This document shows, piece by piece, positions 12,636 through 22,800 of a stretch of DNA of 32,363 nt (position 1 is the stretch's first letter; every line of letters starts with the position of its first letter). The stretch covers positions 1 through 32,363 of the forward strand of contig NIVC01004886.1 of the NCBI GenBank assembly GCA_002269645.1, read 5' to 3'. A model generated the notes under the pieces. That model had not been told where the DNA came from, ran no database searches, and saw only the letters and a program-made list of their open reading frames with translations. The stretch comes from Macrostomum lignano. Its lineage: Eukaryota. The position numbers were made by a program, and so were the translations under genes.

Positions 12636-12920
12636 GGGGTTGTAGCCTAGTGGTTAGAGCGTCTGATTCACGACTTTAAGGTCGGGGGTTCGATTCCCGA
12701 TCCCCCAGGAAAAATTTGTGTCCTTGAGGAAGACACTTAACTCTTGCTTTAGTTCACCCAGCTGTAAAATGGGTGCCAGCATTAGCTGGGGTAATTGAGG
12801 GCGTGTGGCGACCCCCCAGTCCTTGGACTGAACAGCCGTACGCAGCCTTCCGATGCGCCGCGCAATAGCTGCGGCTGAGCTGTCGGTTGGCCTATTAAGG
12901 CAGGTGAAATCAATTATTAT
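12636..12920 (+). mobile_element. tRNA-derived SINE, family A
   Basis: A box TAGCCTAGTGG (12643-53) and B box GGTTCGATTCC (12687-97), with a degenerate cloverleaf. The body GTCCTTGAGGAAGACACTTAAC...CACCCAGCTGTAAAATGGGT resembles conserved central domains of tRNA SINEs. It has an AT-rich tail. Confidence 0.75.
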
Positions 12921-13736
12921 TTATAACGAAAACAAAATAATTTGATCGATTATTTTAGATTGTGTTGCTAGGCGGCCACAATAATCAAAAGTTCGTAATG
13001 CCCTTGGCACAATGTTTGCGTTCCGGAAAATTCGGAATCAAAATTCATTCGATTTATGACGGCAATTTATGACCTTCGTGGCCGCAATCGCTTGATGAAG
13101 ACTGAAATTCATTAAAATTCTGATTCCGTTATCAGAGTTTTGGATGGCCAAGCAAATCTCTTGAAGGGATTATCTGTAAGCTGCTGCCGCTAATGCTGTT
13201 AATCTGACTCACTAGAAGGGCTCTGACCTGCCTCCTCTCCTTAAATCCCGCGCGCAGCGCTTGTAATTAATGTCTCCCCTCTCGACTGGAAATGCCGGTC
13301 CAAATAAACAGTCCGCTTTACTTTGCATTCCCCCCAATGGCTGTAGGCAAAGGCTTCAATATATTGCATATTATATACTGCCTGCCTGCAATACTAGTAT
13401 TCAGGGCGGGACACTGCGAAGCTCTGATTTCAAGGAAAACACGGCAGCAAATAGAGGGGAGGATGGGGGGGGGTAAGTGGGGTGGGGGGAAGGAAAGGAA
13501 AGGAGCGATCGGTGAAAAATGCGAATACATTTAGCATAGGCCTTCGCCGCACCGGTTCAGCACTGCGGAGAGATTGAGATACAGCATAAGGCATAGCATA
13601 GAATATAACGGTTCGGCATTGAACAAAAATAGAGGCAGGAAGATGGCTTAGGCAAATTTTCTATTGGCCCATGGCCCCCATTGGATCGTATTGATTGCAC
13701 AGTCACCTCGCCTCTGTAGCGCAGCTGCAGCATGCA

Positions 13737-13742
13737 TATAAA
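13737..13742 (+). promoter_or_regulatory. Candidate TATA box of the secreted follistatin-like gene
   Basis: TATAAA about 100 nt upstream of ATG 13842. Confidence 0.35.
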
Positions 13743-13841
13743 TGCATGCAACCGGCACTAGCCCGGCAAGCCTGCCTGCACACTGACTGTCCTGAATACC
13801 GCTTCATCGGCCAGTCTTTCTTTGTCAAGCAACTCTGCACA

Positions 13842-16800
13842 ATGCTGCTGTTGAGGGCCCTCATTCTGGCTTTGCCAGCTGCTGCGGCTCTGGTGACCTC
13901 TGACTCCAGCTGCAGACAGGCGGCAGTCCCGGCCGACTGCTCTAGGAGGGACCTGCGCCGCTGCGGCCGTCCGATAGCCAGCCGGTGCCAGTCGGCATCG
14001 CCGAGCATGCCCAGGCCTCGGTGGTGCCGTTGCTGCATCGACTGCGACACCGCTAGACTTGGCGCCGATGCCGGCGCCACCGTAGGCGACAAGACCAGCT
14101 CGCGGCGCCAACTGCGACGGCGACTGCGTCGACTTGTGCGACGTCTCGGCGCTAATCGCGACGCAGCTGACGGTCGGCGGCTGCCAGCAGCCCGGCGCGA
14201 CCGGATGATGGAGCAGCTGCTGGATCTGGAGCTGCGCCTGCTCAGCCTGAGAAAACGCAGGCGCAAAAGTGCAAAAAGAGGCCGAAAGAAAAACACAAGG
14301 AATGCAGCAGCAGCTGAGACTGCAGTCTCGGCAGGCAAAAGCAAAATTGGAGGCGGCCGCGGTGCCTGGAGCCCTGGCAGTCTGGAGCAGCAATATTTTG
14401 TTGACAGACCGGCCTCTCAAACAGGTGCGGCCAACTCAGCTGAGAACGGCACTGAGGCCAGCTCAGGCCGGATTCTGGCTTTGATGAGCTATCTGGAGGG
14501 GCAGAGGACGGATAAAGTGAAAGGTAGGTGGCTTGGTGTGTACTATAGGTTCCGGGTTCGATGCACGAGCAAAACTATTAAAGTACTTTCAAAAGCCCAA
14601 AACTTGGTAACCTGAAACTTCATAATTCCTAGCCTATACACGGAGTGCTTTATTATAACAACCGTTTGGGGTTGCTGGGGTTGCAAATTTCTGAATCGCC
14701 CAAGTGGTTTCACATTCACACGCTCACACAGGGTGAACAGCGGCCCTGACTTTTTAATTGTCAGGCATTTACACTCTGTGTGCCCTGGGGGTTGGCCCTC
14801 ATGGCTGTGAATCGCACTTCAACCCATGGGTCAATTTTTCGTTCACAAGCCCCAAGTGAATGAGTGTTTGCGCACGGAATCGAACCAAGGGATCGCGGCC
14901 CGAGAGTCAGGCGCCTTTGCCGCGAGCTGCTCTGCATTTCGAACCTATCGATCTACTCTCGTAATTAAAAAATGCAAAATTAAACAGTCTTCAGTGTAGA
15001 GAGTTAAGTGTTGAAACGCTCATCAACTGCTACACCTGTGTTGTTCGGATTTTAACCTCGAGTTGAAAAAATTGCGCAGCGACTCTGGCAATTTTAACGC
15101 ACTGCAAATTTCAAACCATATTTATAGTTACGCGTGCAGTCGGCGGGAGTGCAGAGCGCGCAGTTGCGTCAATCAGGGCTTGCCATGCAATTTGGCCTGG
15201 CCAGACTATTTGCATAGCAACTAGGTCTGTCACCAAATCTATGTGAACCATTAATTAGATCTAGGCACAGTTTAGATTAGAAAACCATAAACTGGCCTGC
15301 GAAACAAGGACTGTCAGCTACAGCTGACCTGCCCAAAGTGCCATTAGGGGGGGGGAAGTGAAGTTCAGTTCCTGATTAAGTGTAGTTGGGAATTTTTGTA
15401 GTGCTTCCCGTGATAAATTTGAACCGGAAATCTTGAGGAAAAGTTCCAAAGTTTAAAAACCTAACCTATTGACTCAAGAAGACAGAGACAGAATGGATGG
15501 AATTCTAGCAAAATTTATCAAAGACATGACACAAGCCAGGTTGCAACTGCCCTGAAGGCTTCACATTTTTTTCTTTGAAAATTTAATAATCTGCCCCCTC
15601 TCGTGCACATTTACTAATAGTAGTACAATAAAAAAATAATATTCAAACCCCATATTCGAGCTGTCAACCGTTCGCAATGCTAAGCAAAAAAGCAAAGCAT
15701 TCAAAACGAAACAAATGTGGGTCCCGGTCGCATCTTTTAGGCTTGAAAATTTCTATACACCTCCTGTGTATAGCTATAGGGTATATTTTTATTGTGCACT
15801 AAACAACAGGAAGAGAGCAATGATGCCAGTTCGCTGGGGCGAAAGACTGACTCCCTCTCTGCCTTTCTCTCTCACTGTACGAGCCAGCTGTTTTTCACCC
15901 CCATTGTGTTGTAAATAAGCCTATTGAGCGTCTCATTGAAAGGCAACAATAAGGTTGCTCATCGAGTCCATGCAGATATAAGAGGCGAACGCAGTGCAAT
16001 AAAAATGTGCAAAGACAGCGCAGCAGGCTGCAACACTGGAAGAGCCAAAGGCACGCAGGCCGGCCACCGCCATGATTCCCGCCGCGCTAGTCGAAGCCGT
16101 CCAACGGGACAGCGTCGATGCTCTGCGCCGCCTGCTGACCTCCACGCCGCCGTCGCCCGACACTCTGTCGGCTGCCCTGGCGCTGGCCGCCGCCCTGCCC
16201 TGCCAGCTGGAAACGGCGGCCGTCTTGCTGGAATTCGGCGCCAACCCGGAGCGCGCCTTGGCCCTGGTAGCCGCCTGCGATCAGGACAGGCGCGACTGTC
16301 CGGAATTGGCGCGCCTATTGGTGGCGCGCGGCGCCAGCGTCAACCAGGTCAGCCGGCCGGACGGCAAGCCGGCGCTGCTGCTGGCGGTGCGGCGCGGCCA
16401 CGCGGGCCTGACGCGCCAGCTGATTGAGGCTCGAGCCGACGTCAACCTGGCTGAGCCGAATCTCCGCTGGACGCCGCTGCTGGCTGCCGTCAGCATCGAC
16501 CGGCCGGATCTGGCCAAGCTGCTCCTGGATGCCCGCGCCGACCCCAACGCCATGAGCTCGGACGGCACTGCGCTGGCAATGGCCGCCTGCCGCGGCCATC
16601 CCGGCCTCGTCCGCCTCCTGCTCGATCGCCGAGCCGATCCGAATCTCTGCGCACCCGTTGACCCGGATGCGAAACCGGATGCGGACCAGGACGCTGATCC
16701 GGACGATCTGGACAGCTACAGCCCGCTGGCCTACGCCGCCTGCAACGGGCACCGCGAGTGCGTGGAGCTCCTGCTGCGAGCCGGTGCGCGGCCCGACACC

Positions 16801-19800
16801 CCGACAAGCGCACTGGGCCGCACGCCGCTAATCCTGGCCGCCCTGAACGGCCACGCCGGCGTCGCTGCCGCCCTGCTGGCCGCCGGCGCCAACCCGAATC
16901 TGGCCGAACCGCTCCACCGCTGGACGCCGCTAGTAACGGCGGTGCACACCGACGCCGTCGAGGTTGTGAATGTCCTCCTGGCCGACCGGCGGACCGACGT
17001 CAACTGGCTGACCGACGACGGCACCGCTCTGGCCAAGGCGGCCGAGGCTGGCAACGTTGCCTTGGTGACGCGCTTGCTGTCGGCCGGGGCAGACGCCGAC
17101 AAAGCCGACGAGGTGGACGGGCACACGCCGCTGATGTGGGCGGCCCAGTCCGGCCACGCTGGAGCCATCGAGCGCCTACTGAGCCGCGGTGCCCGGCCGG
17201 AGCGCGAGAACTCGGCCGGCCAGTCGGCCATCCTGCTGGCCGCCTGCAACGGCCATGCCGCGGCTCTGGAGCAGCTGCTGAGGCGCTCGGAAAGCAGCGC
17301 CGCGAAGCAGCAGGCGGTCAACGCCGCCATGCAGGCCGTGGCTGGCGACGCAGGCAGGCAGCTGGAGCCGGGCGTGGCTCGGCGCATTCGCAACCTGATG
17401 GAGACGGCTCGGGAAGAGTGAGTGCTCGGTTTGTTTGCTTTTAGCTCTGCCCATTGATACGGGTCTGCGAGAATTGTGCGATGAGCTTAATCTACAGGGG
17501 GCGCCAGCTACAGGGGGGGCACCAGCTACAGAGGGGGCACCAGCTACAGGGGGGGCACCAGCTACAGAGGGGGCACCAGCTACAGAGGGGGCGCCAGCTA
17601 CAGAGGGGGCACCAGCTACAGGGGGGCACCAGCTACAGAGGGGGCACCAGCTACAGGGGGGCACCAGCTACAGAGGGGGCACCAGCTACAGAGGGGGCGC
17701 CAGCTACAGAGGGGGCACCAGCTACAGAGGGGGCGCCAGCTACAGAGGGGGCGCCAGCTACAGAGGGGGCACCAGCTACAGGGGGGCACCAGCTACAGAG
17801 GGGGCACCAGCTACAGGGGGGCACCAGCTACAGAGGGGGCACCAGCTACAGGGGGGGCACCAGCTACAGAGGGGGCACCAGCTACAGAGGGGGCGCCAGC
17901 TAGAGAGGGGGCACCAGCTACAGAGGGGGCGCCAGCTACAGAGGGGGCGCCAGCTACAGAGGGGGCACCAGCTACAGGGGGGGCACCAGCTACAGTAGGG
18001 CTGGCTAGAAAAGTCCAGGACGCTGGCTGCTTACCGACAACCTATTTCACGAGTAGAAGATAAGATTAGGCAGGAAAATCTCATAAATTCCGGGGTGAGT
18101 TCTCATGCTCTCATAGAAAGGCTTGACTAGATTGATTTTCCACTCGCTGTCTTGGTGCCTAAATAAAGGTAAACAAGTCTCATTTAAATAGTCCAGACTC
18201 AGTATTATGTTCACTTGAAGTACATTTGTTGGATTCAGATTGACTTCTTTTCGCGTCATAGATTTTATTTTAAATCCGCTCGTAATTCTTCACCATTTCA
18301 GAGTGGTGGAGAACCAGAGCAACAATCTGGTTGGCGGTCTGGTCTCGCCAAAGTCGGGCCGCTCTGTCAGGGACAGCAGCGGAGTTCCCGGGCCAGCCGC
18401 CGCCGCCTCCGCCGCTGTCGCCGCCCCTGCAGCCCCTCCCGTAGTGAGCGGCACCATGACCCGACTGATCAGCAGCCAGACGGTGCTGCCACAGTGAGTT
18501 CTCAAAGAGGGTAGCTGAGATGCCAACTCTCAAAGAGGGTAGCTGAGATGCCAAACTCTCAAAGAGGGTAGCTGAGATGCCAACTCTCAAAGAGGGTAGC
18601 TGAGATGCCAAAACTCTCAAAGAGGGTAGCTGAGATGCCAACTCTCAAAGAGGGTAGCTGAGATGCCAAAACTCTCAAAGAGGGTAGCTGAGATGCCAAC
18701 TCTCAAAGAGGGTAGCTGAGATGCCAACTCTCAAAGAGGGTAGCTGAGATGCCAACTCTCAAAGAGGGTAGCTGAGATGCCAACTCTCAAAGAGGGTAGC
18801 TGAGATGCCAACTCTCAAAGAGGGTAGCTGAGATGCCAACTCTCAAAGAGGGTAGCTGAGATGCCAAAACTCTCAAAGAGGGTTGCTGAGATGCCAAACT
18901 CTCAAAGAGGGTTGCTGAGATGCCAAACTCTCAAAGAGGGTAGCTGAGATGCCAAAACTCTCAAGGAGGGTAGCTGAGATGCCAAAACTCTCAAGGAGGG
19001 TAGCTGAGATGCCAAAACTCTCAAAGAGGGTTGCTGAGATGCCAAAACTCTCAAAGAGGGTAGCTGAGATGCCAACTCTCAAAGAGGGTAGCTGAGATGC
19101 CAACTCTCAAAGAGGGTAGCTGAGATGCCAACTCTCAAAGAGGGTAGCTGAGATGCCAAAACTCTCAAGAGGGTAGCTGAGTAGCTGAGATGCCAACTCT
19201 CAAAGAGGGTAGCTGAGATGCCAAAACTCTCAAAGAGGGTTGCTGAGATGCCAAACTCTCAAAGAGGGTTGCTGAGATGCCAAACTCTCAAAGAGGGTTG
19301 CTGAGATGCCAAACTCTCAAAGAGGGTTGCTGAGATGCCAAACTCTCAAAGAGGGTAGCTGAGATGCCAAAACTCTCAAGGAGGGTAGCTGAGATGCCAA
19401 AACTCTCAAGGAGGGTAGCTGAGATGCCAAAACTCTCAAAGAGGGTTGCTGAGATGCCAAAAAAGAGGGTAGCTGAGATGCCAACTCTCAAAGAGGGTAG
19501 CTGAGATGCCAACTCTCAAAGAGGGTAGCTGAGATGCCAACTCTCAAAGAGGGTAGCTGAGATGCCAACTCTCAAAGAGGGTAGCTGAGATGCTCTCAAA
19601 GAGGGTTGCTGAGATGCCAACTCTCAAAGAGGGTAGCTGAGATGCCAACTCTCAAAGAGGGTAGCTGAGATGCCAACTCTCAAAGAGGGTTCTCAAGCTG
19701 AGATGCCAAACTGAGATGCTCTCAAAGAGGGTTGCTGAGATGCCAAACTCTCAAAGAGGGTAGCTGAGATGCCAAAACTCTCAAGGAGCTGAGATGCCAG

Positions 19801-22800
19801 CTGAGATGCCAAAACTCTCAAGGAGGGTAGCTGAGATGCCAAAACTCTCAAAGAGGGTTGCTGAGATGCCAAAGCTCAAAGAGGGTTTACTCGTAGAAAA
19901 GTACAAAGATCTGCCAACTCTCAATTGCTGAAAACCTAAGTTCCGATTTTTGATGCCATTTTCATCCCCAGAGGCTTCCTGCAGAGCCTGGACATCCGCC
20001 GCGACACCCTTCGGTACAAAGATCTTTCACTCGCAATTGCTAAAACCTAAGTTCCGATTTTTTATCGCCATTTTCATCCCCAGCGGCTTCCTGCAGAGCC
20101 TGGACATCCGCCGCGACACACCTGAGCCAAGGTCATTTCGGCTGCGTCTACCAAGCCCAGCGCGCTGACGGTCACTACGTGGTGCTCAAAGTGGTGTCCG
20201 CTCCATTTCGGCCCAACCAGCCTGACCAGGCTAGCTCAGTCTCCGAGGCCAACCGGCGCGAGGTCGAACTGATGCAGGCGATGAGGCACCGGAACATTGT
20301 GCAGTTCTACACCGCCCAGCTGGTGCCCGGCTCGCTCGTCATCTGCATGGAGTACATCCACGGCGAGAACCTCCGGCTGTACAGGCAGCGCCTCGGCAGC
20401 CTGGCAGAGTCATTGATCGTCAATTACCTGAGCCAGATCTGCCACGGCCTGAACTATGTGCACAGCCAGAATGTCTGTCATCGCGATGTCAAGTGCGAGA
20501 ACATCATGCTGCAGCTGTCCACCGGCCTGGTGAAGATCATTGACTTCGGCTTGTCAAAGAAGATTCACGCCACTGAAGTGTACCATTCAGGAGTTGGCAC
20601 CCTGCTGTGGATGGCCCCGGAGGTGCTGCTATTTGCCGAGGATCCGACACGTCGTCGGCGGCGCTACGACCCGAAGGCCGCCGATGTGTACTCGCTCGGC
20701 TGCAGCCTGCACGAGCTGTGCACCGGGGTGCCGCCGCTGTACAGCGAGGAGGGCCCGGGCTTCCTCAAGTGCCTGTACCACGCCAAGCGGACCGATGAGC
20801 CGCTGCCCGAGGACGCCCTGCTGCGCTGCGGCATGAGCCAGAGCCTCCGCTCCTTCTATGCGGCCTGCGTAGCCAAGAATCCATTGGCCAGGCCGACCCT
20901 GCCGCAGCTGCTGGCGCATCCCCTCATTGTTGGAGCCGCCTACTGACTCCTCTATTTAATGTATTGTTGCCGACTGACGGACCTTGGCGTTCACGAGTTC
21001 TATTAGAAATTCTGTTATTCAGACTGTACGGCTTTTTATTGAGAAATTTATTCCAGCTGCAGATGCTAAAATATACAGCTCGAATTTATTGTTGGCTTGC
21101 TATCTTATAACTGATAGAATTCAATGGAGAGTGACAGTATTATCAGATATTTACAGTACTATCAACAGTACTATCAACAGACTATCTACAGTGCTATCTA
21201 CAGTACTATCTACAGTACTATCAACAGACTATCTACAGTGCTATCTACAGTACTATCTACAGTACTATCAACAGACTATCTACAGTACTATCTATACAGT
21301 ACTATCTACAGTACTATCTACAGTACTATCAACAGACTATCTACAGTGCTATCTACAGTACTATCTACAGTACTATCAACAGACTATCTACAGTACTATC
21401 TATACAGTACTATCTACAGTACTATCTACAGTACTATCTACAGTGCTATCTACAGTACTATCTACAGTACTATCTACAGTACTATCAACAGACTATCTAC
21501 AGTACTATCTATACAGTACTATCTACAGTACTATCAACAGACTATCTACAGTACTATCTATACAGTACTATCTACAGTACTATCTACAGTACTATCTACA
21601 GTACTGTCTACAGTACTATCTACAGTATTATCTACAGTGCTATTTACAGCACTATCTACAGTAATATTTACAGCAGTATACATCGACTATGATTATGATC
21701 AATTATGATATCTGCGGGCAGAGCAGCCCCGGCAGTTCGTGCAGTTCACAGCCATGAGGGCCAACCCCAAGGCACAGAGAGTGTACATGCCTGACGGTTA
21801 GAAAGTCAGGGCCACTGTACACCCCGTGTGTGAGTTCCTATTATGATTTATTTTTAAAAAACTTAAATTTACTGCCAAGGCATAATAAAAGTTGCCGCCG
21901 AATCTCCACGCAGCCACCTGCCGTTCGGTGACCTGCAGCTGGGACAAGGGCCAGCTGTGCCTGGTAAACATCCAGGACCTGCCAATCTGCAGCTGCGTCA
22001 CCAACGATCGCTGCCTCGCAGAACGGCGCAGACTTCGTCAACGCCGACGCAACGGACGTCGCCGATCGGGAAGGCGTCGAGGTCGTCGGCGGCCGCGTCG
22101 CAACGGTTTGGACGGCCGGTCGAATGTCACGACGACGGAGTCGACGCCGCTGATTAAGCGGCAGTTCTTTGGCCGGGTCTGCGCCCTGCTGAGCGGCCTG
22201 CCTGCCGAGCGCAGCTACACCAGCCTCTGCCACATGCAGGCCGCCGCCTGCGCCAGCGACTCGCAGGTGAGCAGTCAGGGCGGCTGGATTCTCGAGAGTC
22301 AATTTGAGAACAGCACTGATTCTGTTTGAGAACAGCACAGATTCTGTTTGAGAACAGCACAGATTCTGTTTGAGAACAGCACTGATTCTGTTTGAGAACA
22401 GCACTGATTCTGTTTGAGAACAGCACTGATTCTGTTTGAGAACAGCACAGATTCTGTTTGAGAACAGCACTGATTCTGTTTGAGAACAGGCCTAAATATG
22501 CTTATAAAGAGCAATAAATCTGTTGAAAACAGTTTTTTAAGCCTAGATTAAAATCCCCCCAAGGGAGAATCGCCCCAAAGCACAGGTGAGAATCGCCCCA
22601 AAGCACAGGTGAGAATCGCCCCAAAGCACAGGTGAGAATCGCCCCAAAGCACAGGCAGAATCGCCCCAAAGCACAGGTGAGAATCACCCCAAAGCACAGT
22701 GAGAATCGCCTCAAAGCACAGGTGAGAATCACCCCAAAGCACAGGTGAGAATCGCCCCAAAACACAGGTGAGAATCACCCCAAAGCACAGGTGAGAATCG

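Noticed and set aside
12636-12707. tRNA gene (CAC anticodon position)
   Set aside because: The acceptor and anticodon stems do not pair and it continues into a SINE body, so it is a SINE head.
17492-19886. CRISPR-like arrays
   Set aside because: Units are head-to-tail with no unique spacers, there are no cas genes, and the context is eukaryotic introns. The same applies to the other arrays.
21880-21892. ORF-track start at 21892 or acceptors at 21879/21891 for the FOLN exon
   Set aside because: TTG start without a signal peptide. The 21879 acceptor meets an in-frame TAA and the 21891 acceptor lacks a pyrimidine tract; 21913 fits better.
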